A stretch of DNA of 64,000 nt from contig NC_092349.1 in NCBI RefSeq assembly GCF_963676685.1, positions 75,842,473 to 75,906,472 of the forward strand, written 5' to 3'. The notes beneath the pieces are model-generated. The model did not search any database and had not been told where the DNA came from. It worked only from the letters and a program-made list of their open reading frames with translations. The DNA is from Mytilus edulis (taxonomy: Eukaryota). The translations under genes were made by a program, and so were the position numbers. This document shows, piece after piece, positions 23,620 to 36,560 of the stretch. The first letter of the stretch is position 1. Each line of letters starts with the position of its first letter.

Positions 23620-24010
23620 ACAACAGAGGATCATATTTGGTATATGGAAACAGATGTAACTGGTTTTATATGGTATGATGTATGATACACGATGAAATGA
23701 TATATGCTAAACTGTTTAATGATATGTAGTACACGGTGTAATAACGCGTGGTATATGGTGTAATAATGTGTTGTACAGGCTGTATTGAAGTGTGTTATAT
23801 AGCTAAACAATGTGAGTAGGTCGGTGTGAAAGTGTATGGTTCACAGTGTAAAAGTTTGGTTCATGTTTAAAAGATGCATTGAACCAGGTTTAGTAATGTA
23901 TGGTACACGGTGCAATGACTTCTGGTACACAACGTAATAATGTGTTGTACACAAAGTAATAATGTGTGGTATACCGTGTTATAATGCATTGATGCACGAT
24001 GATACGTGGC
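23620..24010. repeat. Minisatellite, 22-24 bp degenerate unit (GTGGTACACGGTGTAATAATGT-like), about 17 units
   Basis: Visible periodic recurrence of GGTATATGG/GGTACACGG/TGTACAGGC followed by TGTAATAA(C/T)G(C/T)GT through 23620-24010. The same unit re-appears at 24860-24950 after the inserted family C and A fragments. Confidence 0.65.
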
Positions 24011-24121
24011 AAATAGCATTGATCATATTTAACATAAAAATAGGGTTAAAATATTTTATTTTTATACATAGTTTAAAAAGATCACGATTGAAATAAATCT
24101 CACAATTCGAAATTATAAAAA

Positions 24122-24373
24122 AGGAGATGTGGTATGATTGCCAATGAGACAACTATCCACAAAAGGCCAAAATGACACAGACATTAACAACTATAGGTCA
24201 CCGTACGGCCTTCAACAATGAGCAAGCCCATACCGCATAGTCAGCTATAAAAGGCCCGATAAGACAATGTAAAACAATTCAAACGAGAAAACAACGGCCT
24301 TATTTATATAAAAAAATTAACGAAAAACAAATATGTAACACATAAACAAAAGACAACCACTGAATTACAGGCT
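24122..24373 (+). repeat. Family C 5'-half copy
   Basis: GGAGATGTGGTATGATTGCCAATGAGACAACTATCCACAAAAGGCCAAAATGACACAGACATTAACAACTATAGGTCACCGTACGGCCTTCAACAATGAGCAAGCCCATACCGCATAGTCAGC. Confidence 0.85.
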
Positions 24374-24654
24374 TTAAATATTTCAAACAGAAAAAATATT
24401 ACAATAGCCAATACATTTAATACTCTGCTTTAGTAAATATAAATGCTATGAATCTTAAACTGTTTTATTCGTCCCATATTGTACACTACGTTTATTCGTA
24501 AACCGTTTGGTTACACTGATTCGTGATTAGAAATCAGTAATACAAATTGTAACGGGAATCCTCATTTGCATACACATTTTAGAAAAAAAACTATCCTGAT
24601 GAAAATTGAAACATAAGCTCCGCCGCATCAGTTAAACACACATTGGTTATACAT

Positions 24655-24785
24655 GTATTTACAAAACATCAAAGTTGTGCTAGTATTTGGAGATAGTCGA
24701 ATCAGGATTTTGTTAATATCTTGAATACGAATATAAATTGTAATAATGCATTATGAATAAACTAATTTAGTATATTACTTTTAAT
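24655..24785. repeat. About 130 bp segment duplicated at 25585..25710; each copy abuts a family A fragment
   Basis: ACAAAACATCAAAGTTG(T/C)GCTAGTATTTG...AATGCATTATGAA(T/G)AAA(C/T)TAATTTAGTATATTACTTTT. Confidence 0.7.
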
Positions 24786-24790
24786 TGTTT

Positions 24791-24862
24791 GCCATGGCGT
24801 TGTCAATTTATTTTCGATTTATGAGTTTGACTGTCCCTCTGGTATCTTTCGTCCCTCTTTTA
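24791..24862 (+). repeat. Family A 3' fragment
   Basis: GCCATGGCGTTGTCAATTTATTTTCGATTTATGAGTTTGACTGTCCCTCTGGTATCTTTCGTCCCTCTTTT. Confidence 0.8.
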
Positions 24863-25584
24863 TATGTATGATACATATATAAAGTAATTATGCATAATAC
24901 ACGGTGTAATTATGTATGCTACACAGAATACTGATGTGTGTTTTACCTAAAGTTTAAACCATTCAAAAAAGTCGGTTGTAGCAATCACTTATCAAAATAA
25001 CGTTAAATTGTATAAGGCCGTTAAATGTTATTTGTTATGCTTGTTTCACCTTTAAACATTTCAAAAATTCTTTTATTGACGAATTCTTCACATTTTCTGT
25101 TATTTTTATTCTAGCATCATCCTGAATCTGAAGATTCGTTTGTTTACAAAGGAATCAAATATAAGTCTGATTCCGATATCTGTCATACGATAGTCAATTA
25201 TCTGTAATTTTTATACGTGGAAAGAATCCTTATATATAACAAAGCCTTTTATTTACCTCATTAATGCAACATCATTCTAATGTATTTCTTCTCAACAGTC
25301 TCTCCACTGATTTATTGGATTATATGTGATAAGAAAGCTTTCCATATACATAGCGTGAAATATCGAGACATATCCGCTCCTTCCACCTGATTTGTTTGAC
25401 ATTTGAATAATAACGTTTACATACATCTGAAGTGGAAATATACAATGCTGTCATTACTGTAAATGTGATAGATTAGATCTGAAAGAACGTGCCTGGTAAT
25501 TAAGTAACATCGGATTATAAATGAAACCCAATAGATTCTACAAAAAATCGTATATCATATATTGATGGAATACATAAAATATAT

Positions 25585-25710
25585 TTATATACAAAACATC
25601 AAAGTTGCGCTAGTATTTGAAAAAAATCAGGATTCTTGCATACGAATATAGAATCCTAATAATGCATTATGAAGAAATTAATTTAGTATATTACTTTTTA
25701 TAGTTTATAT
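25585..25710. repeat. Second copy of the about 130 bp segment duplicated from 24655..24785
   Basis: See 24655..24785. Both copies are in the same orientation, but the flanking family-A fragments are in opposite orientations. Confidence 0.7.
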
Positions 25711-26067
25711 ACCAGCGTTCAAATCTCTTAAATCAAAATCGAAAATAAACTGACAACGCCATGGATAAAAATGAAATATCGTCAATAAGCGTATCTTGCT
25801 ATTCATGCACAATACAGCATTTATATTTCCATTTAGTCAAAAAGGCAAAATATGGACAAGGGCACATTATTTCTAAATATAAGATTGAGAAAATATTTCA
25901 CTATAGAGCTAATCATAAGACAAGTCCCTTTAATGTGCTTATCTATGTAATCATTTAGGCATTAAAACCACACCTATAAAGCCTTATGCTTAATAAATTA
26001 ACAATGAAATGTATGTTCTTTGTTCATTTAAAGTTATGACCAAACATGAGCAGGATGATCTTCTTTC

Positions 26068-26135
26068 AAGGCGTTGTCAGGTTATTTTTGACTTATGAGT
26101 TTGAATGTCTCTTTTGTATCTTTCGTCTCTATTTC
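26068..26135 (+). repeat. Family A 3' fragment, diverged
   Basis: GGCGTTGTCAGGTTATTTTTGACTTATGAGTTTGAATGTCTCTTTTGTATCTTTCGTCTCT. Confidence 0.55.
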
Positions 26136-26877
26136 ACCTTCACTGAAATAGATCTGTATATACATTTTTACATTGCAAAAGTGTCCAAAGTATTTGATCT
26201 GCCGTCATTTCTTAATTATTTACATCAATCTTATCACCAATCAATTCGGGGATTCAGAGGTTTTTTTTAACATCTAACTCTAAGGTGAAGTCGGCCATCT
26301 ATGTCAATATCGAGGAGGAGACTAAGGTATAAAGCATCCCTTCAGTAGTATCCTTAATTTCAAGTTCAATGGGATATATGAAATATGGCGTATTCAATGA
26401 TAGGACATTGTCAATACATCTGAAAGTAATTTCGCAAGGTGCATTTTATTTCTGTGTTTAAGAAGGTTTTGAATGAATTCTGCTTCATACGAGTACAAAA
26501 AATAATCGGACAGTAAATATGCACAATAGGTACCGATTGGAATACCGATAGTCTGTCGAAATATCAATCCTACTAAATCAACAACGATAGAATCAGAAAT
26601 ATTCTTATAACCAAAAATTGAAAAATCCCATTTTTACGGAAAGGTTATTTTATAATAAGATGATAAAGTCGATTGAGCATGAAAAACAGTAATGTAAAGC
26701 GTGATCAATCAAAGGTCTTCTTGTTGCTGGAAAATTGCACAGATTGAGATCTAAGATTTAGCAGGAGATCTCTAGAATTTGTTAGAATTCATATCTGATT
26801 AACACCACTGTTATATCTCATCACAATATTTTTGAGAGCCATATTCTATTTAGAAAGAATAGTAGTCAGCACTTTAG

Positions 26878-27137
26878 AAAAAGAGGGGGCGAAAGAAACC
26901 AGAGGGACAGTCAAACTTAAAGATCGAAAACAATCCGACATCGACATGGCTAAAAAATAAAAAGACAAACAGACAATTATTAGTTCACAATACACAACAT
27001 AGAAAACTAAAGTCTAAGCAATACGATCTCCATCAAAAACTGGGGGTGATATCAAGTGCTCCGGAAAGGTAAGCAGATCCTGCTCCGCATGTGGCAGCCA
27101 TCGTGTTGCTCGTGTTATTACAATCCCGGTTAATTGT
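26878..27137 (-). repeat. Family A full-length copy (about 260 bp)
   Basis: AAAGAGGGGGCGAAAGAAACCAGAGGGACAGTCAAACTTAAAGATCG...GGTAAGCAGATCCTGCTCCGCATGTGGCAGCCATCGTGTTGCTCGTGTTATTACAATCCCGGTTAATTG. Confidence 0.85.
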
Positions 27138-30100
27138 CTGAAAGAAAGATATTTAGTCGAACATGTTGATGATCCAGCCATGTATGGTTCTTTATACAGA
27201 GTTTTGTGAAGTTTTGGTATCCAGTATAATGACGGTAAATTTTCTTCGTTTTCTTTTATGTTGATGCAAAAAGAAAGGAAGACAGATTTTGTATCATATA
27301 ATTTGTCTTACCCTTAATCAATTGTAACATGTATGATTCGAAATATAACACTTGAACAGTTTAAATGTCATTGTACAATGGGAGGTTATTTCCGATATTA
27401 CCGTTCTGGAGTAATGCTAATTTTTAGGTTTTAGAACACGTCACTTTTTTTATAAGCAGTTAAATAAAAATAACACTCTGTATATTTCGTACGTCTGAAG
27501 TTTTTTGTCTGGATTACCATTCTTTGGAAAATTTGGAGGTCAAGAAGGTAAATAATTTCAAAAAAATTACGAGTATTTATAACCAAACCGAACTAACAAT
27601 TCGCCAAAGTCGTCTAAGGGCAACACTACCTAAGAGAGCGCATCCCTTCTTAGTAATTTCTAAATTGAGAAATTTTCCCTTAAGGATTTCAAATACTAGG
27701 TATGTTTCTACGGACACATGAAACTACAAACGTACGTCTTCGGTCCAATTTCATACGAACATTTTTATCCTGGTATTGATGAGTTTATTTATTCCTTTGC
27801 AACCAATACTCTTGTCGTTGTGCTTAAATTGTTTTCACATTTCAATTCATTTGATAAAATTGTACATTTTTCCAGCAAAATGTATATGAATAGTTTTGTC
27901 AACTGCATTTCCTTAATATAATGATAGAAAATTAAAGAGCAAAAATAAATGCATTTGTGAATAAATGTTTAATCTTATTTTCAGTGTCAATAAAAATTTG
28001 CTTTAAATAAAAAAATCCACAATCAAACAAACGTTATGTTGTTTTTCTTCAAAACGATCAACCATATACATGTATATATTATTATTTTTGTTAAATGAAA
28101 TAAACATATCGTACGGAATTGAAGATTTAAGTTTCATCTTGTAAATTACAAAAAAAGAACGGAGCATTTTGCTGATTAATCTGTTATCTCTTATATCCTT
28201 CGGAACAGCGTACAAAATGTCAAATAGAAAATATCAGACAGGAGATAAATATTGTCAGCAGATTTAGTTTTAAGCTTAACGTATTGCTAAATATGACAAC
28301 CACCACTGCAAAATGCAATTTAATTAATTTCTATATGTAAGGAGAAAGTGTTTTCGATTCCCTGTAGCATTGTGAAACAACCTGAGGCACTTTGAAATGT
28401 CTATAAAGATTATCATCTGAACGGCGTTAAATATATTGTTTTCAACAATATTGTTTTTAAATGACAGCGCAATTCATTATATAAAGAAATCAATAAGACA
28501 TCATGTGTACGTTTCTTAAATACAAACATGAATTTATTTAGCTTCAATTTCTATCTCACAAATGTTGATCGCGTTATATGTGACCAGTCCATTTAAACAA
28601 GGATTCTAACAAAACCAGTGTACAAGTCTTATAGCTTAATATCTTGTGCTTTTCATAAAATATAGCACATAAGAAAGATTTCAGAATAGCATATATGACA
28701 AGCTGATGATTTGTACTTTCCCATTGTATATTTCTCATTAGAAACATACCTGATGAACTGTTGTTTAGTTTATAAATCTTTCAATGAATAAAATGAGCTC
28801 ATGCATGTTGAAACTATGTATTGTATTTTCGTCAAATGTGTGCGTCTGACATAAACAATGACCCAGCAGGGTTATGTGGAGGAACATCTTAAATAAATGT
28901 TACATTCGTTTAACGATGAATACTAGTTTATTGACGGATATGAAAACTCATTTTAGACATGTGTTCATGGCTAATAAAAACTCGATTATATATTTAATTA
29001 TTCGTTGCTCATTCTATTTCTGTGAGTGCTTCTACTTTAGCGGACGCCCTAAAAAGTACGGGAAGCTATAGTTAATACTTGTATAAAGAAATTGGTCGCG
29101 CAAAAAGTTAAAAACGAAAATAGTACAAAAACAAAAAAATAAGGTCAAAATCTAATTCTCATGGTAAAGTTTTGTTTTAAAAAAAACTGTTGTTTTAAAC
29201 AGTTTTTTAAATAAAAATTACAAAATATAGCAGAAATACGTCTTGGTTAGTGTACAAAACATCCACGCTTTTGTGGTATGAACAATGAAATTACACATAA
29301 TTCATTAAATTCAGAAAAGGGGAATTACAAAACTGATTACAAGGCATTATTGCAGCTACACTTTTAAAGGTATAATCATAAACACTCACTTTACAGTGTA
29401 TTTTTTTCTGTTTTGACATCAAATTGATAAACTCTGCAATATTGTAAATCGACTGAATTTTAGAAGACACATTACGGGAAGGTATTGCCATGTTTGAAAA
29501 AAATTGCCATCTTGTTCAAAAGAGAAGATAGGACGAGGTGTATTACCGCCGAATGGACGACAAAAAAATATGCCTTTTAATGTCTGCTTACAAAAAAATA
29601 CTTGATCAATTATATTCTATTTTGAAGCTAATCAGAAATGATAGAATGACATCGATTTATGCTAGGAGTTTCTTCTTTGTCTGGTGATCCAAAAAAAATT
29701 TTACACTTAACTATCAGTTGACATTCTTTCATCAGCAATTAAGAAACAGACCGATTGTAAATTTTATGATTAAATTAGACAGTATGTCTACAGTTTCCTC
29801 AAATCATTGTATTACGGATAGAACAAGATGAATAACAATTTGCTTTTCTGCCTAAAATCCGTCTTTAAAAACTGACGGTTATAAAGCTGAATTGTAATAA
29901 TTATTTTTGAAAATCAAATATTGTATATATGGTGATTGTGAACTTGTATTGATCAAGTGTTTTCTGATTTTACAAGTATAATCATTTTTCTTTTGACAGG
30001 AAAAAGTATATACTTTGCAAATAAAATACTTGCTCAGTATGACAGAAATGCTTTCCAACACGATTGAACAATTCTAGCATAAAAGTAGTCAAATAGATGT

Positions 30101-31447
30101 CTGATTTAAAGCCATTTCTATTCGGTTTATCGACTTAATGGAATATTTTGAATGGGCGTGCATTCTATATCTTTATTTGATTACTCTTTATGAGATTTTC
30201 TCTTATATTCTACAAAATATTATGAACTGTCTGTTATACTTTGCTTCATTAGTTTTTCAGTGTATGAATGGCTTTCTCCAAACACTCAAGTGGAAACTCG
30301 CAATGCTATTGTGTGATTTAAAGTAATACATTATATCGGATAAAAGAGATTAGTAATTAACTTCTATTCCGTTTGGATTATAACTGATGGTGTCGATGAG
30401 ATAGAGGCAATTTAAGCAGCCAACATACTCTGTAGTAACCTATTATACCAACAGAGTTTGAATAGAATTCACATGAAAAACATCCGTGGCAAATTTTCAC
30501 TGATTAGTTATGTTAAAAAGCAACTTTATGCTTTAATTAATTATTATTTAACAGTCAAATATAAACGCCCTAAAGGCAAGGCAAATCTAAAGAGTGTTGT
30601 GTTGAAGAGTTGCGCGTCTGACGTGCTGTCTTTTGTTGTTGGTTTTTTTGCCGGTGTCTTTCTAATTACATCCCAGCTCCTTTGTTCTACCAGAAGTAAT
30701 CTGTGCCTTATCGGATCTCCCTACCTTGATTTTATTTATTCGAAATACTGTCCTCTGTTCTGTAACGTTTTGGCGGGAATGTAATATAAACAAAGAAATA
30801 TTTATACGGAATAAATAACTATCAAAATTTATGTCGAAATAAAAATCAGTGTCTATACTGGAAATCGAACTTGTTATAAAGATATATATTAAGTATATTA
30901 TAATAATTGTGTCGCGTTCTAAACTGTTTTTTATGAAGCGGAAATGGTTTTTTATCAAATCTAGAACTGATGGGATGTAAAATAGTTATCCCGTTCGGAC
31001 TTGGTGAGTCAGTGTGAGATCATCCTCTGGCCTCCGGCCATCGGGATGATTTTACACTGACACACTGCATCATGGGATTACTATTACAGAACAATTATCA
31101 CTGACTTAAAACTTCATGTTTTGAATAGAGATGGTATAACAATGGCAAAAAACTGTTTTATAACTGGAAAGAATGAAATTTTATCACACAAAAAAGACAC
31201 ATTCCGAATGATTTTCCTGATTGTCATTTAAGTTTAATGCAATTCAGTGTTTTTAAGTCCTTTTACTATATTATGCGCCTATTTGTGTATATAATAGTTA
31301 TTGTAAACATATTGTAGGACACATTTCGCTTTTAACGATGTTTGATTGTTTGTCTTAAACGAATAAGAGATGTTAAGGATGGTCAAATAGAAGTAGCAAA
31401 ACTAAGAACTCGATAAAAAATAACTCAATCAAACATGATGTACAGTA

Positions 31448-31700
31448 GTTGTCGTTTGTTTCTGTAATTTATACGTGTTTCTCGTTTCTCGTTTTTTTAT
31501 ATAGATTAGACCGTTGGTTTTCCCGTTTGAATGGTTTTACACTAGTAATTGTGGGGCCCTTTATAGCTTGTTGTTCGGTGTGAGCCAAGGCTCCGTGTTG
31601 AAGGCCGTACATTGACCTATAATGGTTTACTTTTTTTTAAATTGTTGTTTGGATGGAGAGTTGTCTCATTGGCACTCGCACCACATCTTCCTATATCTAT
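31448..31700 (-). repeat. Family E copy (reverse orientation)
   Basis: GCTTGTTGTTCGGTGTGAGCCAAGGCTCCGTGTTGAAGGCCGTACATTGACCTATAATGG...GGAGAGTTGTCTCATTGGCACTCGCACCACATCTTCC. Confidence 0.75.
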
Positions 31701-32099
31701 AAAACTTTATTATTCTTCTTCCGTTAACACCCATATATCACAACCACTGATAATAATCATACCAATAAATAACAAAAAAGAGTCAAATGCAATACCACAC
31801 GACAGAGCCGAGGGCTTGTTTAATAAAAACCTTTTAATAATATGTATCATCTACAAATTACGAATCATATAGAAATGTCATCATATATATACTAGTATTT
31901 CAATAAACACAGTCATTTGTAAATCAATCATCTCTTAATGCATGATACAAAATATCAAACAGCATGGATGTAAAAATTAACGTGACCTAACGAGTAGACC
32001 ATGTCGTGCCGAATGATTTAACCGCCAAATCACACAAAACACTTAACCTAAACGCCATCTATGGGCAGACAATTCAGAAGAAAATAATTACATTCTAAT

Positions 32100-32255
32100 T
32101 CATAAAATCAACCGACTGAAATTATATTTATATTAACCAACGGAACTATGGAAAACAACTGCCGTATTCCTGACTTGGTACTGACAATATGCGAACAGAA
32201 AAAGGTGTATAAAATCTGGTGTTATAGCTAGCTAACCCTTCCACTTGTATAACGT
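32100..32255 (+). repeat. Family D copy
   Basis: GCCGTATTCCTGACTTGGTACTGACAATATGCGAACAGAAAAAGGTGTATAAAATCTGGTGTTATAGCTAGCTAACCC. Confidence 0.55.
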
Positions 32256-34266
32256 ATGTTAATAATTGCATTAATTAGAGAATAAAGTTTAGTTTTAAAT
32301 TATCATTTTGCTAAAATGTTCCCTTCCCTGTTGTTATTTTACTTTGACACATGATTCAAACAAAATTATGTTTCCTTTTGTTTTACAATATAATATTCCA
32401 AGGGATTTCATTTTTTATCAAGAGTTTTGTGGACAGTTTTTTTTTTTCTTTCTTATTTTGTACCAATGGCCTAACGCTTATATCAACTTCGCCGTTATGT
32501 CAAGTAATTTGAAATACCACTGGATAGGAAAAGCCATGGTTTTAGGAATCATTACGAATGATATTTAAATATAATTCAACATCTTAAATATAAAGGGTTT
32601 TATAAGTATGATTTATTGTTGAATCAAGAGAGCTGTTTTCAAAATGTCATTCATATGTATTATTAAATGGATGTCTACGAGAAAACCATGCAAAATCAAA
32701 AAAAAATTATGAAAGGGGTTGTGGAATTTTCAGCTGATTTTGGGTTCCTAGTAAAGTATTAAGTACATCTAATAGTTCTATGGTTAAAAAATGACAATTT
32801 ATCTCAAATTATGTGAATACAGGGCAATTCTAGTTTAGTACCAAATTTGCTGGAAAATGTTGTTGAAAATGGACATTTTTGGTTTTTTTTTATTGAATAG
32901 TTCAAAGTATCATATGACAAAAAAAATTGTTTGGCCTTAAAATTCAGACTTTCTACTAAAATAAACTGTAATTTGGATCTTATTTCAACCTTTATCTTTG
33001 TTTTTATTTTTATTGACATAATTGTGTTTTTTAAAAATTTGAATTCAGCCTGTACTGAAAATGTCCATAAAACCTCAAAAGTCACTCAAATTGAAAAAAT
33101 ATTTTGTTAAACGTTATGGTTCACTACAAACTAGTATTTCTTAACGGGATTTTGGTTGCAAATTGATATAAGCTTATTTGAATAAAAGATGAAAAACTGA
33201 AAAATATAGCTAAAATTATCTCCCTTTGTAAAACTCTTCACAATAAAAGGTAGATTTAGTGTCAATAACAGAAGGAGGGAAATCAACAAATGTGCAGAAG
33301 GATAGGAAATAATGGTATTTTAGATGAATATGGTGTAGCCAAAAACTTATTTTTAATGAAAGAGTGTAACAAAGACATAGCAAACCATGTGGCAAAGACA
33401 TTCCCACTGCCACTGGGATAAGTCTGATCCTGATCAGATAGTCTAGACATGACTCATGAGGCTAGACTATCACTATCATGTCTAGCCCTAGGTTTCAGAC
33501 TCACATTTTAAAATGCATATGCTGCAAACATGGACAGGAGTTGGATTGCAGTAGACAAGAAGACAAAATGAGTTGCTGCCATCCTTTCATGACCCTTCCA
33601 AATCTAGCAACGGAAATTCCAAAGCAAAACTTTCAGTTTCAGTTGGTTCTGGTAAGTTTGTTAATTTTTTTTGTGGTTAGAAAAAGCAATTTGACACCAT
33701 AAAAAGACCTACTGTAGAAACATCACATCAACACATAAATATGGGAAGAAGAGCATAGACTATTTCTCTTTTGGGGAAAAAAAGGGGGGGGGGTATTTAC
33801 ATAATTTTCTTGAAGCAAACACTGATTTAATTTTCATTGACATACATTTAGAATGATTTAAAATTCTTCTGAAACTAAAAGATTTATGTGTTTGCCTTCT
33901 AAATTTTAATAGAAAAACTTTTTTCTCTCTCAGTCTCTCTAGAAATCTATAATAATATTAATCATGATAAATATATATTCTATTACAAATTGTTTGTATC
34001 TATGTATCTATGCAAATCATTATTCTTTTGCCTTATTCATGTATACTCTGTATGCCCCTTGTGGGCCCTTAATTGGAAATAAAATATGTTCTGTTCAAAG
34101 CCCTCCGGTATTAGGTCTGTTCGCCCTGAGTTTGTTTGCCAAATTGTCAATAGAGTCCATTGATTCCATTTTCTCCTAATTTAAAAATAATGGTTGCTTC
34201 AAATCTTTTGCTTTTTTTTTTAAATACAACCCATTGAAATAGAAAACATTCAGTAGATAGATATAG

Positions 34267-34535
34267 GAAGATGTGGTATGAGTGCCAATGAGACAACTAT
34301 CCATCCAAATAACAATTTGTAAAAGTAAACCATTATAGGTAAATGGACGGCCTTCAACACAGAGCCTTGGCTCACACGGAACAACAAGCTATAAACATGA
34401 TAAAGGACCCCTAAATTACTAGTGTAAAACCCTTCGAACAGGAAAATCAATGGTCTAATCTATATAAAAAAAAGGAGAAACAAGAAACACGTATAAATTA
34501 CATAAACATACGAAAACTGCTGTACATTTATGCCA
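34267..34535 (+). repeat. Family E (a diverged relative of family C)
   Basis: GAAGATGTGGTATGAGTGCCAATGAGACAACTATCCATCCAAATAACAATT...GGACGGCCTTCAACACAGAGCCTTGGCTCACACGGAACAACAAGCTATAAAC. It is the reverse-complement partner of 31448-31700. Confidence 0.75.
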
Positions 34536-36119
34536 ACTAAAAAGTATGTGTGTTAACCGCACTACCCTTACCTACCTTTATTTTTATCCCTACCCTAAAG
34601 ATTTTTGTGACAGGTTTTGATTAAGTACTGTTAAAGTCACAATATAGGTCCCAAAGAGTTGTGAATTTCCTGTCTTTATTCATTCCTTTACCAGTACTAC
34701 ATGTTCATTGTACAATGCAGCTAGATTGATACAATATATGGTTCTCAAACTCAAAAAAATGTTTTACAGACTATGAGCTGGTTTTTTTTCTCTCTAAAAA
34801 TTGGTTACTGTGAGACTTTTTCTTTACATTTCCTTAGTGCAGGTCATGTATCACAGTTATAAACATGGAAAGAGAACTTGTACATGTCTTTACTTCTATC
34901 ATTAAGAAAAAAGAATCTGAATAGAATATGCTAACAAATGTATTCCAAATTAAAGGGCCCAGAAGGGGCAACATGAGATTATAACATTACAGATTTCTCA
35001 GATAAAACAAATTCAAAATAACAATACTGAAGAAATAAATTACTTGATGATGTGATTGATATCATAGCATTTATGACATTTACACAAATAAATTATCATG
35101 TCTACAAAACTTTTTTTTTCAATGAACCAATACATTATGTTAAAGCCAACTTAATGTACAATGTACATGTAGATGTAACTCACTGTACTGATCATGCAAA
35201 TGTACAAATATACAATATTTTATTTCTTATCAACAGGTTAATGTTGAAGATGGAAAAGCACAAAAATAATGTTAAAATGAAAGCAGATATGATAGGAGAT
35301 CATATAGGTAAATATATGATATAATTGATAAAAAAAATGAATCAAACAAGTCATAACAAGAGACTACTAAATAGACAGAAAATAAGACCTGTGTTGTGGC
35401 ATTATTTGTGAAATATAATCATATAATATAGAAATTGGAAATTGACCAGTTACATTTTTTATTGTAAAAACATGATAAATAATCAATAAATTAGATTAAC
35501 CCTTCAATTTTAAAAGTTCAATCTGGTAAACAAAAAGTAAAAATGACACACAGAACACTCAAATTATTATTTTATGATCAATTAAGGGCCATATCAGTAC
35601 AAATTACACAACAAAATTTTCATTACTCATCATTGGAATTGTTCTCTTTATAAGAATTAAACCTAGACAAAAATATGTGTTTTTGTCAGCTTGACACTGA
35701 GATCCTCATTTATAGTATACATACATTTATGGTAAACCTGAAGACTACATTTGTATTTTTCATTTTGAAAAAAACACTTTTACCATTATTACAGCTATTT
35801 TCCTAATGCGTGTAGAGTAAAACTTTGGTAGGTTTGCTTGCTCTGTTTGTATAAATATTGATTCAAGCTTTGTTATTAAGGTTAATATCTTCAAACAATA
35901 AATATAGGCATATTTGAACCTTCATGGAGTACTTTTAAATTTGATTAGACGTTATGTCAATTGCAATTGTACAATATACAAACAAACCATGAAAGCTAAC
36001 CATGCTAACCGAAGTCTTAGATTTACATGCCTTAGAAAATTAGCTGTAAAATTAATTATATATTTGTTTCCAATGCTTATTGTTTTACCAATTTCAAATG
36101 TTTTGGCTTGTTTTTAAAT

Positions 36120-36560
36120 TGGTCTATATCAGCTAAAGGGTCAAAAGGGTCCAAATTTAAACTTGATTTCATAAAACAATTGAATAATTGGTGTTCTTTG
36201 ATATTATGCAAAATTAAACGGTGTATTGTACTTTTTTGGGTTAAATACTTCTTATATGTTTAGATTGTTAATATTCATTTTCAAATTGCAAAAAAGATCA
36301 CGGGGGCAAAAAAACCTTTGTTCGTTTATTAAAATATTATTGAAGGTTTTTTTTCTATGCTAAATGTTATCATGCATTTAGCATGTTTAGATTTATGATT
36401 TGGGCTCAGTTTTCAAGTTGATTCAAATTGGGGTCCAAACTTAAACTTTGTTTAAATTCATTAAAAAATTGCATATATGGGGTTCTTTGATATGATAAAT
36501 CTAATCATGTCTTTTAGACTTTAGATTTTGGATATTGGCACAAATCCAATTTCAAAATCA
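36120..36560. repeat. Two tandem copies of an approximately 290 bp unit
   Basis: GGGTCCAAATTTAAACTTGATTTCATAAAACAATTGAATAATTGGTGTTCTTTGATATTATGCAAAATTAAACGGTG... versus GGGGTCCAAACTTAAACTTTGTTTAAATTCATTAAAAAATTGCATATATGGGGTTCTTTGATATGATAAATCTAATCATG... Confidence 0.6.
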
